A stretch of 63,997 nucleotides of DNA, filler included, from Malassezia furfur (Eukaryota), in the NCBI GenBank assembly GCA_052055015.1. It is 13 parts of 13 records of this genome, joined end to end, with 100 filler letters (N's around TTAATTAATTAA, not from the genome) between each part and the next. Parts side by side here need not be neighbours in the genome. Positions count along the whole stretch, not along the records: positions 20,625 to 25,606 come from JBQJIT010000635.1; positions 25,707 to 30,659 come from JBQJIT010000636.1; positions 30,760 to 35,711 come from JBQJIT010000637.1; 10 more parts are not named here. One strand, written 5' to 3'. Numbering within the stretch: the stretch's first letter is position 1; each line of letters begins with the position of its first letter. The notes below the pieces were generated by a model. That model was not told the DNA's origin, made no database searches, and saw only the letters and a program-made list of their open reading frames with translations. Made by a program: the position numbers and the translations under genes. Shown here piece after piece: positions 22,946 to 34,121 of this stretch.

Positions 22946-25574
22946 CGCTGCCGCGCCGCTGGCCGGCTCCGGCTGCTTCTGCCGCGCGGCGGCGCGCTGG
23001 TGCGCGACGAGCGAGTTGCGCTTCGCGAGCACATAGTCCTCCTTGGCCGTGCGCAGGTAGTAGTAGAGCGACTGCGGGAACGACTTGGCGATCTGCATCA
23101 GCAGCTTGCGCACGAAGCGCGCGTGCTTCACCGAGAGGAACTGCAGCAGTTGCGGGATGAACGTGATCCAGTACCACACGGGCGTCTCGCCGTGGAAGTT
23201 GTCGCACGTCTGCCACAGCGTGCCCTGGCCGTCGTCGCACGACAGCAGCCACAGGATGCGCACGAGGATCTTGCGCGACTTGGCGTTCTTGTACAGCCCG
23301 GCGGCCTGCAGGTAGCAGCTGATCGCGTTGGCGGCGAGGTGCATCGACGTGGGCTTCTCGCGGAAGAGGCGGTCGCTGTACCTTCCCCACTCGGTCCACG
23401 ACTTGGGCAGGTTGAGGTCCATCTGGATCGCCGTCGCGAACGCCTGGTTCGCCTCGTCGCCGAGGCCGAGCTTGTTGAGGAACATGCCCTTCAGCGAGAA
23501 GAACTCGGCCTTTTGCGCCGCGGCAAAGAACATGAGGTTCGTGTTGTTGATCACGTTGAGGCCCTGCGTGAGCTCGTTCGGGTTGTGGTAGTGGCACCGC
23601 GCCTGCTCGCGCAGCTTCAGGAACGCCTCCTGGATCTCGATGTTGGGCAGCGTGTAGATCTTGGTCAGCGACGAGATGCACACGTCGTCCAGCCCGTGCT
23701 TCCGCGCGACGTGCGCAAAGCGGTTGATGATCCACGCGGTCTCGTGGTAGCCGCGGTACGCGTACGAGTTCGTGCTCGAGCCCGGCCCCTCGGTGCGCTG
23801 GATGAGCGGCACGAGCGGCAGGTACGCCTTGTTCACCGAGCTGAACACGTGCTGCCGCCACGCCACGAGGTCGCTCCACGCGTTGATGTCGTCCCAGAGG
23901 TTCGGCAGGCGCTCGCGCCACGTCTGCATCAGCGTCTTGAGCTCCGCGCTGCGGTGGTTCAGGTTCGCGGCGTTCGTGTGCGCGAGCGAGGCAAACACCG
24001 TGCTCACCTCCTGCAGCTCCACAAACTGCTGGAACACCTCGAGGAGCGGCACGTGCGCCTGCGACACGTGGCGGGGGAGCGTGTACCACTTGTACAGCGT
24101 CAGCTGGATCGCCTCGTCGCAGATCCGCCCGAACTCGGACGGCTTGTCGGGCTGCGCCTGCGACTTGAGCAGCGCGAGGTACGCCTCAAACACCTTGCGC
24201 CGCGGCGTCGCGGTGCCCGCCAGCGACGCGACCGAGCGCTCGAGCGACTCGCGGTCCGCCGTCCAGTCGGCGAGCCGCCACGCACACTCCAGCGCCAGGT
24301 CCTCGTTCCCCTCGAGCTTCGCCAGGTCCGCCAAAATGTCCCACTGCTGCAGCTCGAGCGCAGAGAGCACCCAGTGGTCGTCCCACACGTTGTACTCCGC
24401 CTCGGTCAGCGGCAGGCCGCTCGTGCGCCCCTTGACCTGCGCCGCCTCGTACAGCACCTGCGCCTCGGCGTACAGCCCGTTCTGCTCGTACGCCAGCGCC
24501 GCGTTCGTCTCGGCAAACACGCACCGCCGGCGCCACAGCCCGTAGAAGTAGTCCGACTCGCTCAGCTCCGCGTACAGCTCCGCGAGCGCGTCCTGCGTCG
24601 ACTCGCGCACCGCGTCGTCGCCGCGCAGCGCCACCAGCTGGCCCTGCAGCAGCTCGAGCGCGGTGTACCACGCCTCGAACGTCTTGCCCAGGTACTTCAC
24701 CACGTGCGGCGGCAGCTCGAGCGCAGGCGCGCACGGCAGCGCGCCCGCAAGCAGCGTCTGCACAACGTTGGGGCGCATCGGCGCCTGGCGCAGCAGGTAG
24801 TCGCGCGTCAGGCACCCGATCAGCGCACGCGCCACGTCGCCCTGCCCGCGCCGCGGCGTCGCGCGCCACACGCACGGGAAGAGCGCCACCCACAGCGCGT
24901 GCGCGCCGTCCGCGTCGTCGTACTGCAGCACACGCAGCGCGTCGAGCAGCGGCTGCACCGTGCCGCGCTGCAGCTGCGCGGCAAACGCGTCCGGCGCGTC
25001 GGTGGCGGGCGCGCCGACGAGCAGCTGCGTGCCGTCGAGCGCAGGCAGCAGCAGGTCGAGCAGCTGGTGCACAAAGTACGTGTTCGCCACACACTCCCAG
25101 CTCTGGAAGCCGAGCAGGTGCAGCAGGCGCCCCGACACGCTGCGCGTCAGCGTCTTGTCGAGCAGCGCCCCAAACGCGCGCCGCTGCGCCGCATCGGCCG
25201 AGCGGCACCCGCGCAGGAACGCCGACTCGAGCCGCGCGGTCAGCTCCGTGCGCGCGAGCGCCGGGCGCTGGTAGATGGCGAGGATCACGTCGAGGTACGC
25301 GTGGAACAGGCCGGGATCGCTGCGCTGCTCAAAGCACAGCATCTTGAGCAAAATGCCCGCCTTCTCCTTCACCGTCGGGAACGGCTCGCGCGCCTCGAGC
25401 ACCCACGTGCGCATCATGTCGAGCAGGAAGCGCGCCAGCGCGCCGCTCGGCGACTTCTCCACCAGCTGCACCACGGCGCTCAGGAACCAGCGCCGCTGGT
25501 CGCCGAGCTGCGAGATGCGCTGCTGCAGCAGGCCGAGCGTCATGAGCAGCAGCGGCACGTGGAGCTCGGTCGGG

Positions 25575-25606
<32 letters not shown>
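22945..25606 (-). CDS. TRA1: Tra1/TRRAP (SAGA/NuA4 subunit), FAT-domain fragment
   Basis: LPPHVVKYLGKTFEAW, DYFYGLWRRR, WRERLPNLWDDINAWSDLVAWRQHVF, AYRGYHETAW, IYTLPNIEIQEAFLKLREQA, WITFIPQLL. Confidence 0.95.
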
Positions 25607-25706
25607 NNNNNNNNNNNNNNNNNNNNNNNNNNNNNNNNNNNNNNNNNNNNTTAATTAATTAANNNNNNNNNNNNNNNNNNNNNNNNNNNNNNNNNNNNNN
25701 NNNNNN
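25607..25706. other. Artificial contig spacer, preceded by a (GCC)n run
   Basis: Same linker. Confidence 0.99.
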
Positions 25707-25833
25707 TGGCTAGGGGGGGAAGAGGGCCGTCCTGTCGGCCACGCGGCGAGCGCAGGTGGAGGGCATCGGCGAAGGCCGATCGGTGCGCGCGCCAATTTTT
25801 TGTGTCTCCGGGCGACGGTGGCTGCATCCGAGA

Positions 25834-28827
25834 ATGCCGTCCATCGCCATTCAGAAACGGCCACGCACCGAAGAGGAGTGCGTGGCTGCCTATACCAAGT
25901 TCAATCGCAAGACGGCGCGCGGCAAGGTGCTCAAAGTCTTGCGCGAGACGTACCACCGTGACGATATTCCGTGCGGCAGTGTCGCGTGTGCGACGTGCGA
26001 TGCGTCCGTGTACGAGGCGGAGTGCGCCGGCACGAGCATGCCGATGCGCCATCCTGTGCTCGACAAGCAGGGGGCCGTGAACAACTACGGTGGCAAGCCC
26101 CACTACGTCGTGATCGATACCAATGTCGTGCTCCACCAGATGGATGTGCTCGAGAACCCCGCGTTCACCAACGTCGTGGTGCTCCAGACGGTGTTGGACG
26201 AGGTGCGCAACCGCAGCCTGCCGCTGTACAACCGTCTGCGTGCGCTGATCAGCGACCCGGACCGCAAGTTCTGGCAATTCTACAACGACTTCCACCGCGG
26301 CGCCAGCGTCGTGCGCAATGCGCACGAGTCGCCCAACGACCGCAACGACCGCGCAATCCGCGAGGGTGCGGCGTGGTACATCGAGCACCTGCGCGAGGCG
26401 CACAGCGGCCTCGGCGTCGTGCTCGTGAGCGACGACGTGGAGAATGTGCACAAGGCCCGGAAGCAGGGCTTGACGGCGTGCAGTGTGCGCGAGTACATTG
26501 CGGGCTTTGCGAATGCGGCGCAGCTGCAGGAGCTTCTGTCTGCGCGCGAGGGCGCGTCCGAGGCGAACGCGGAGCTCGTCCGCGGCGCGCATGTCTTTGA
26601 CGAGTATTGGGACACGGCGGAGCTCGAGGCCGGCGTGCGGGGAGGCACGCTGCATCGCGGCTTCTTCAACGCGAACGCATACAACTACCTTGAAGGCACG
26701 GTGCGCACCGACGCACTGCCGAAACCCATCCTGCTGCAGGGTCGCGAGGCGATGAACCGTGCCGTGGACGGCGATGTGGTGTACGTTGCGCTCCTGCCCG
26801 AGTCCGAGTGGAAGGGCGCGACGGATGCAGTGCTCGAGTCGGATGCCGCGCAGCGCAATGACGATGCACGTGAGGACGACGACGACGATGAGGAGCCGGA
26901 GGCGCCGGAAGTCGAGCCGAGTCACGATGACAGCAAGAAGCAGCCGACGGGCCGTGTCGTGGGCATTGCGCGCCGCAACTGGCGCTCGTATGTCGCACAC
27001 ATCGACGCGACCTCGGTGAACGAGGGCGCGATCGCGAGCCTCGGCCCGCAGACCGTGTTTGCGTCGCCCGTGGACCGCAAGATCCCCCGCATCAAGATCC
27101 GGACGCGCCAGGTCGGCGAGCTGCTCGGCCAAAAGATCTTGGTGACGATCGATGCGTGGCGCGCCACGAGCCGATACCCCGAGGGCCACTTTGTGCGTGC
27201 GCTGGGCGCGGCCGAGAGCAAGGAGGCCGAGCAGGAGAGTCTGCTGTTGGAGTACGACGTGCCGTACCGGCCGTTTAGCAAGGCGGTGCTCGCGTGCCTG
27301 CCGCGCGAGGGCGACCACTGGGTGGTGCCGCCGCGCAGCGACGAGAGCCCCGCGTGGCGCAACCGCGAAGACTTGCGCGAGGAGCAGATCTGCAGCATTG
27401 ACCCGCCCGGGTGCCAGGACATTGACGATGCGCTGCACGCGAAGCCGCTGCCGAACGGCAACATTGAGGTCGGCGTGCACATCGCCGATGTGTCCTACTT
27501 TGTGCGTCCCGACACGCCCATGGACGCCGAGGCGGCGTCGCGCGGCACAACGGTGTACCTGGTGGACAAGCGCATCGACATGCTCCCGCATCTGCTCGGC
27601 ACGAACCTGTGCTCGCTGCGTCCGTTTGTGGAGCGTCTCGCGTTCAGCGCGCTGTGGGAGATGACGCCGGACGCGAACGTGGTGTCGGTGCGCTTCACCA
27701 AGTCGGTGATCGCGAGCAAGGCGGCGTTCACCTACGAGGACGCACAGAAGCGCAAGGACGACGCGACGCTCGACGACCCGATCACGACGAGCATCCGCCT
27801 GCTCAACAAGCTGGCGATCCAGCTCAAGCAGCGGCGCATGGCCGCCGGCGCGCTCAACCTCGCGTCGCCCGAGGTGCGCATCCAGATGGACTCCTCCGAG
27901 TCCTCCGGCCCGATCGATGTGGAGCAAAAGCAGCTGTTCGAGACCAACAGCCTGGTGGAGGAGTTTATGCTCTTGGCGAACACGTCGTGTGCGCAGCGCA
28001 TCTACGAGGCGTACCCCACCACCGCGGTGCTCCGTCGGCACGCACCGCCCCCCGAGGACAACTTCGAGACGCTCAAGGACATCCTCAAGAAGCGGCGCGG
28101 CATGGAGCTCGACACGTCGAGCTCCGGCGCGCTCGCCGCGTCGCTCGACCGCTGCGTCGACCCGAGCGACCCGACGTTCAACACGCTCGTGCGCATCCTC
28201 GCGACGCGGTGCATGCTCGCCGCCGAGTACTTTTGCACAGGCAGCGTCGCGCGCAATGCGTTCGGGCACTATGGTCTCGCGATGGGCATGTACACCCACT
28301 TTACGTCGCCGATCCGGCGCTACGCCGACGTGCTGGCGCACCGGCAGCTCGCCGCGGCGATCGGGTACGAGCCGCTGCCGTCGTCGCTGTACAGCAAGCA
28401 GTACGTCGACGACGTGCTGAACGTCGTCAACAAGCGCCACCGCTTGGGACAGCTCGCGGGCCGTGCCTCGGTCGAGTTCTACGTGGGCCTGTCGATCATG
28501 GCGCGCAATGCAGAGCGCGGCGCAGATGCGACGCACGTCGGCAAGGGCGGCGAGACGCGCCTGCTGCGTGCCGATGCGTACGTCGTGCGCACCTTCCGCA
28601 ACGGCCTCGCCGTATTTGTGAGCAAGTACGGCCTCGAGGGGCTGATCACCTTCAAGCAGGACTGCGAATTTGACGCAGACACCTACCAGGTGACCGTGCC
28701 CGCGCAGGTGTCGGGCCTTAGCCGCGACGTGACGCTCGGCATCTTTGACCGGTGCCAGGTGGAGATTGGCGTCGAGAAGGACCGGAGCACCAAGCGCTGG
28801 CGCGTCAAGATGGCCCTGGTTCTGTAG
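25834..28827 (+). CDS. DIS3: Exosome catalytic subunit Dis3/Rrp44
   Basis: CR3 motif, PIN domain (IDTNVVL, ESPNDRNDRAIR), RNB domain (SIDPPGCQDIDDALH, YTHFTSPIRRYAD) and S1 domain. Confidence 0.97.
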   Translation: MPSIAIQKRPRTEEECVAAYTKFNRKTARGKVLKVLRETYHRDDIPCGSVACATCDASVYEAECAGTSMPMRHPVLDKQGAVNNYGGKPHYVVIDTNVVLHQMDVLENPAFTNVVVLQTVLDEVRNRSLPLYNRLRALISDPDRKFWQFYNDFHRGASVVRNAHESPNDRNDRAIREGAAWYIEHLREAHSGLGVVLVSDDVENVHKARKQGLTACSVREYIAGFANAAQLQELLSAREGASEANAELVRGAHVFDEYWDTAELEAGVRGGTLHRGFFNANAYNYLEGTVRTDALPKPILLQGREAMNRAVDGDVVYVALLPESEWKGATDAVLESDAAQRNDDAREDDDDDEEPEAPEVEPSHDDSKKQPTGRVVGIARRNWRSYVAHIDATSVNEGAIASLGPQTVFASPVDRKIPRIKIRTRQVGELLGQKILVTIDAWRATSRYPEGHFVRALGAAESKEAEQESLLLEYDVPYRPFSKAVLACLPREGDHWVVPPRSDESPAWRNREDLREEQICSIDPPGCQDIDDALHAKPLPNGNIEVGVHIADVSYFVRPDTPMDAEAASRGTTVYLVDKRIDMLPHLLGTNLCSLRPFVERLAFSALWEMTPDANVVSVRFTKSVIASKAAFTYEDAQKRKDDATLDDPITTSIRLLNKLAIQLKQRRMAAGALNLASPEVRIQMDSSESSGPIDVEQKQLFETNSLVEEFMLLANTSCAQRIYEAYPTTAVLRRHAPPPEDNFETLKDILKKRRGMELDTSSSGALAASLDRCVDPSDPTFNTLVRILATRCMLAAEYFCTGSVARNAFGHYGLAMGMYTHFTSPIRRYADVLAHRQLAAAIGYEPLPSSLYSKQYVDDVLNVVNKRHRLGQLAGRASVEFYVGLSIMARNAERGADATHVGKGGETRLLRADAYVVRTFRNGLAVFVSKYGLEGLITFKQDCEFDADTYQVTVPAQVSGLSRDVTLGIFDRCQVEIGVEKDRSTKRWRVKMALVL

Positions 28828-28857
28828 TGGATGCCAGGTAGTATGTCTATGGGACAT

Positions 28858-29553
28858 CTAGTTGTCCGCCATCACCTGGTCCCACGCGGCGGGGGTGTAG
28901 GAGGCGATCTCCTTCTCGCCGAACCAGAGGCCGATCTCCTTGGTGGCCGACTCGAAGCCGTCCGAGGCGTGGATGATGTTGCGGCCCACGCTCACGGCGT
29001 AGTCGCCGCGGATCGAGCCGGGGAGCGCCTGCAGGGGGTTCGTCGCGCCGACCATGTTGCGGCCCTGGCGGATGACGTCCTTGCCCTCCCAGACCATGGC
29101 GATCACGGGGGTACCCGACGTGAGGTACTTAATCAGCGAGCCGAAGAACGGCTTCGAGGCAAGGTCGCTGTAGTGCTCGCGCGCCAGCTCCGTCGACGGC
29201 AGCACCGACTTGATGGCCACGAGCTTGTAGCCGCGCTCCTCAAAGCGGGTGATGATCTTGCCGACAATCTGGCGGTTCACGCCGTCCGGCTTGATCATGA
29301 TGAAGCTGCGCTCGCTCGGCGTAGTGAACGTGCCGGCGATCGTCGTGGGGCGCGACAGCGCGTCGGCGCCCGCGTTGGAGACCACCTGGTCGAGGTGCAC
29401 CGACGGCTGGGCGTACAGCGACGCACCGGCCACGGCCGTCGCCGCAGCGACGGCGAGGGGCACACGCGAAGCGCGCACGGCAGGCGCAGCGCGCGTCGCG
29501 AACATGCGAGCAGCGCCACGGAAGGAGGCAGTCGACGCAAACGTAGAGAACAT
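28858..29553 (-). CDS. YNK1: Nucleoside diphosphate kinase with mitochondrial-type N-terminal extension
   Basis: ERSFIMIKPDGV, GATNP, RGD and RNIIHASD. About 80 aa of Arg/Ala/Ser-rich presequence. Confidence 0.95.
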   Translation of the reverse strand: MFSTFASTASFRGAARMFATRAAPAVRASRVPLAVAAATAVAGASLYAQPSVHLDQVVSNAGADALSRPTTIAGTFTTPSERSFIMIKPDGVNRQIVGKIITRFEERGYKLVAIKSVLPSTELAREHYSDLASKPFFGSLIKYLTSGTPVIAMVWEGKDVIRQGRNMVGATNPLQALPGSIRGDYAVSVGRNIIHASDGFESATKEIGLWFGEKEIASYTPAAWDQVMADN

Positions 29554-29609
29554 CGTAGACACAAACGACGTTCGGACCGGCCGGCGCACGGTTGAACCCC
29601 ACGTCCCGT

Positions 29610-29617
29610 TCACGTGA
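29610..29617. promoter_or_regulatory. TCACGTGA E-box in the 103-bp NDK/RPC37 divergent promoter
   Basis: Palindromic motif midway between the two ATGs. Confidence 0.5.
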
Positions 29618-29656
29618 GGCCCGATCACGATCGGGCTTTTTTTTGGCTGGCCCACC

Positions 29657-30524
29657 ATGGACGAGGAGGACGAGCTGGTTGCGTCGCTGCCGGTGTTCCT
29701 GAACGGTGCGCCGGGCGGCGGCGCGCCGGCAAGCGAGCAGGACGCGGTGCGCACGCCGCGGCTCGAGCTGTTCCAGTACCCGTTATACCAGCGCGACCAC
29801 GCGCTGCCCGTGCCCGCGTCCGCGGCGCAGCGCGGCCAGGCGGTTGCGAGCCGCTGGCGTCCGCAGGCGAACCGCGTCGAGATGGAACTTCCGCTCGATG
29901 TGCGGCCCACGGTGTACAATGCCGAAAAGGGCACCGAGTATGCCGAGGCGACCGAGCGGCTCGGCAAGATCCCCGTGCCCGGTCAGGTGAAGCAGGAGCG
30001 GCCGATGACCGACACGCCGCGCTTTGACCGCATGCGCCTCGAGAGCGCCGCGGTGCCGAACGCAGCCGAGTACATGATCTGCACGGTGAAAAATGGTGTG
30101 TATGCGGCGTCGACTGACACCAGGCGAGTTGCACCTCACGCCCCTGCACGCCGTGCTCCAGATGCGGCCCTCGATGCAGCACGTGGATATGCTCCACGAG
30201 GCCGAGGCGAACGAGCGGCACGGCCGCGCACCCGCCTCGGACGACGATGGCGATGCACAGCAGCAGCAGCAGCAGCAGCCCGCGGCCGACAAGCGCGCTG
30301 GCGTCGTCTCGCTCAACGTATCTGTGCGCACCGACACGCCGCGCGCCGGATTGCAGTCGGGGCGCGCGCCGCACCAGGCGCACGACGCCGATGCCGAGCG
30401 CTGGGTGGATTTGCGGTGGGTCGACGAGTCGGCGCCGGGCGCATGGGACGCTGCCGAGGCCCAGCTGCTCTCGCCCACGCGCACGCCGCTCTACTGCAAC
30501 ACCCGTGCGCGGGATTTCTTGTAG
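29657..30524 (+). CDS. RPC37: RNA polymerase III subunit Rpc37/RPC5 (Sin-like)
   Basis: DELVASLPVFL, LFQYPL, VEMELPLD and ELHLTPLHAVLQMRPSMQHVD. A 28-nt intron at 30096-30123. Confidence 0.85.
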
Positions 30525-30535
30525 ATGTACACTAG

Positions 30536-30659
30536 CTATGAGCCACTCGCCTCCGGCGCCTTGCCGGTATGTGTGTCGGCGGCGGGCGACGTCTCGGGCG
30601 CATCGCCTGCGGCGGCGGGCGTGGTGCTCGCCGCGGCGGCGCTCTCGGCGCGCGCCTCG
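30536..30659 (-). CDS. C-terminal fragment of an unidentified gene
   Basis: Ala/Thr/Pro-rich open frame from the gap to a TAG at 30536. Confidence 0.35.
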
Positions 30660-30759
30660 NNNNNNNNNNNNNNNNNNNNNNNNNNNNNNNNNNNNNNNNN
30701 NNNTTAATTAATTAANNNNNNNNNNNNNNNNNNNNNNNNNNNNNNNNNNNNNNNNNNNN
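30660..30759. other. Artificial contig spacer
   Basis: Same linker. Confidence 0.99.
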
Positions 30760-30926
30760 CGACGCTCGCCGAGCTTGCGCGCGAGCTGCCGCACACGCCC
30801 GCCGCGACGCCGGGCGTGGTCCGGCACGTGAGCACGGCGTTCGACACGATCCTGTGCGTGACGGCGGGGTGCCGTGCGGCGGCGCGCGCCGACGAGCAGG
30901 TGCAGGTATGGCATTTCGCTTCGTAG
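30760..30926 (+). CDS. C-terminal fragment of an unidentified gene (...VRHVSTAFDTILCVT...QVQVWHFAS*)
   Basis: Open frame from the gap ending 5 bp before the SPC105 stop. Confidence 0.35.
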
Positions 30927-30931
30927 CTATG

Positions 30932-33900
30932 TCAACGGAGGAGGGAGCGCCGCGCCTCGACCAAGGCGTCGCGCAGCGCCCACGGCGCCGCCTCGAGCGA
31001 CGCCTGGACGCGCGCGGCAAACGGCGCCGCGTACGCCGCGTCGCCGTACACGGCCTCGGCGTGCACGCTGTTCGCAACGAACGGCGCGTCGCGTGCGAGG
31101 TCGATCCTGATGCCGACGCGCAGTTTGGTCGCGACGCGCGCGAGCAGCACCGTGGCCGTGAGCGCGAGTTGCGTCTCGCCGTGCGCCAGCACGACGGTGA
31201 GCGGCGTGTGCGCACACGCGCGCGCGACGGCCGTGCGCACCTCGCGGTACGTGCCCCAGGAGCGCGCGACGGTGCGCAGCACCACGGGCACGCTCGCCGC
31301 CGCTGCGGCCGGCTTGACCTGAGCACGGACCACGGCGAGCGCCGCGGCGTGCAGGTGCGACGCCTCGACGGGCCGCACGGGCGACACGGCGACGCGCTTG
31401 ACGCTCGAGCGCCGCGCGTCCATCTCGAGAGTGACGTGCAGCGCGTCGGCGTGCGTCAGCTGCAGCAGTGTCGCGGTGCGGTTCGTGATGCGCCACGCGA
31501 GCAGCCGCTCGAGCTGCTCCACCTGGCGCTGCAGGCGCATTGCCTCGCCGGGCGAGCACCCGCGGATCTGGTCGGTGATGGCGCGCGCCGCGCGGATCGC
31601 GTCGTGCGTCTGCGCACGCTTCGTCTCGACGTCCGCGAGGCGCGTGTGCACGCGCTGCAGCTGGTTCACAACGTCCGCGTGCTTGGCGCGCATCGTCTGC
31701 AGAATCGCGCCCTGCTCTTCGATCGAGGCGTGCAGCTCGCGCAGCTCCTCGGGGTCGCATGCGGCAATCGCTGCCTGCCGCGCGCTGGTGCGCAAGCGCC
31801 GCGTGGCGCGCGCGCAGCGCGGGCAGCTGCGTGTCGTACAGCTGCGCACGCCGCTCGTCGACCGTCGCTGCGTCGCGGCGCAGCACGTCGCGGTGCCGCG
31901 CGAGCAGCTGCGCGAGCTCCTCGTCAAACTGCATGTCGGTGCGCCACCCATAGTAGTCGTGCATCGCCGCCGCGCGCGCCGCCTGCTTGTGCACATGCAG
32001 CTGCCCCTTCATGCTGCGCCGCATCTCGTCGTCTTCCAGCTGGCCCCACTCTTGCACGAACGCGGGGGGGCGCGTGTAGAAGTCGGCCTCCATCGCCTGC
32101 AGCCGCAGCCGGCCGTCCTCGACGTGCTGCTTGAGCTCGGCACACGCGTTGCGCAGCGTCAGCAGCATCGGCGCCGCACCGCTCGCCAGACGCGCACCGT
32201 CCACGAGCGAGACAGGCGCCACGGCCAGCTCCGTGGGGCGCTCGGCGCGCGAGCGCGACGCCGTCATGTCCTCGTGGAACTTGAGGCCGACCACCTGCAG
32301 GAACTCGGCAAGCTGCATGTGGAAGGAGGCATCCGACACACTCTCGTCCGCCACCTCGCGCACGGGCGACGACGGCCGCCCGCGCTGCCGCAGCATCGAG
32401 TGGATGAACGGCGAGCGGGGGAAGCCCGCACCGCCCTCCATCACCCCGATCGACGCACGCGTGCCGACGACGTCGCGCACGGGCGACGCCCGCCGCGCCG
32501 TCGCAAAATGCACGGGCGTACCAGGCGGCGGCGTGCGTGGCACCTCGCGCCGCGCAGGCGAGTGCTGGTAGTGCGGCGACGGCACACCGCCGCGCAGCGA
32601 CTGCCGGAACCGGGTCGGAGAGCCGGGGCCGGCGCTCGGCGGCGTCGATACAGCGGGTACGCTGCGTGGCGTCGACACAGCGGGCGCACTACGTGGCGTA
32701 GACACAGCGGGCGCGCTGCGCGGCGTCGACGGCAAGGGAGGCACTGGTGTGGTCGCGCGCGGCGTCCCGAGGCGCTCGGGCGTGATGGCGCGCGGCGTCG
32801 CGGACCGGCGCTCGGGGGTCACGGCGCGCGGCATCGGGACGTCCCTGGGCGTTGGTGCGCGCGGCGTCGCAGCTTGGAGGGGGCTTGCATCCTGTTCCGC
32901 CGGGGGCACAATCATCTCTTCCCGCAACACCATCGTCTGGCGGCGCTCGGGTGAGCGCCGTGGCGACGACAGCGAACGGTCCGGCGACGTACGCGCGGCA
33001 TGCGCAAACTTGCCCCACGTCGCGGTCATCTCCATCGCCGACTCGTCCATCGCCGACTCGTCCATCGTCGACGCCGGGTCGGTCGTGCGGTCCATGGACG
33101 TGTCGTCGGCGATACTGGGCGACGTGGGTGCGGGCGCCTGTGTGGGTGCTGCAGCGTACGCCTGCGTAAACTGCATCGACATGGACGCATCTTTGTCGTC
33201 GTCGTCGTCGTCGTCCTCCTCCTTCTCCTCTTCTTCCCACGTCTGCGCCGAGACGCCCGTCATGTCCATCGCACTGTCACTCGTCATATCCATCGCGCTC
33301 GTGCTCGTCTCTGCCATCTCGGGCTGCGCGTGCCACGCGTTCGTCATCTCCATCGTTGCGCTCGTATCCGACGCGAGTGTCGAGTCGTCCGAGTCCATAG
33401 TGAGGTCCATCGACACCTCTTCGCTGCTGGTCGTCGTGTCGGCCTGGCTGCCCGGCACGGGTGAGCCGCGGTCCATGAGTCGCTGTGCGGGACGGATGCT
33501 CATTGTCGGCTCGTCTTGCTCAAAGTCGGTCTTTTCCTGGTGCGCACTGAACGTGACGCGACGCTGTCGCCGCGCGCGCTCCGGCGACGTGCGCGTCGGC
33601 ACGACGGCGACCGTGTGTTCGTGCCGCCCGAGCGGCGCCATGGACCCTGTGGCCTTGGTGGGCGACGCCTTGGTGGGCGACGCCTTGGTGGGCGAGCGGT
33701 ACAGCGCCGGAAACGGGTTTGGCAAGCCCGGCGAGTGGGCCGGTGCGTCGTGCTCCCACACGCCCTGCAGCGAGGTGCGCGTGGTCGTCTCGACCATCTC
33801 GGCGATGTCGGACCAGCCGGTGGTGCGGATGTGCTCGCGCTCCGTGTTGGGCCCAAGCGCCGTGGGGCTCAGAAACACCTGCGGGGTCGCGCGAATCGCG

Positions 33901-34073
33901 CTTTTGCGGGGCTGCGTGAGCTGTGGAGCACGTACGGCGCGGGCCTTGCGCGCGGGGCTGGGTGGCAGGGCGCCCATACTCGCCGCGCGCTTCCTGCGTG
34001 CCTTGGCGGGGCTCGTGTTCTCCTTGTTCGGCGACGACGCGCCGGGCATCGACGGCCGCAGGCGCGCGTGCAT
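30932..34073 (-). CDS. SPC105: Kinetochore scaffold Spc105/Spc7/KNL1, with an apparent frameshift near 31780
   Basis: PP1-docking KSAIR and RRVTFS, about seven MELT-like motifs (MDLT, MEMT, MDMT, MQFT), Spc7 domain (FLQVVGLKF, YYGWR). Coiled coil and RWD-like tail lie in a second frame. Confidence 0.9.
32641..32730 (-). repeat. 27-bp coding tandem repeat (STPRSAPAV, about 3 copies) in SPC105
   Basis: GGCGTCGACACAGCGGGCGCACTACGT-like units. A 15-bp KASPT x3 repeat also occurs near 33652-33696. Confidence 0.8.
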
Positions 34074-34107
34074 GGTCCCTGCTCGCAACCCACAACACGA
34101 CGCGTCG

Positions 34108-34117
34108 GTCACGTGAT
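34108..34117. promoter_or_regulatory. GTCACGTGAT E-box in the 48-bp SPC105/DUS divergent promoter
   Basis: RTCACGTG on both strands, with an adjacent ACGCGT (MCB-like) at 34100-34105. Confidence 0.55.
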
Positions 34118-34121
34118 ATAC

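Noticed and set aside
30259..30278. Short CAG (polyQ) run in RPC37 and the GCC run at 25578-25606
   Set aside because: Ordinary coding microsatellites in low-complexity linkers.
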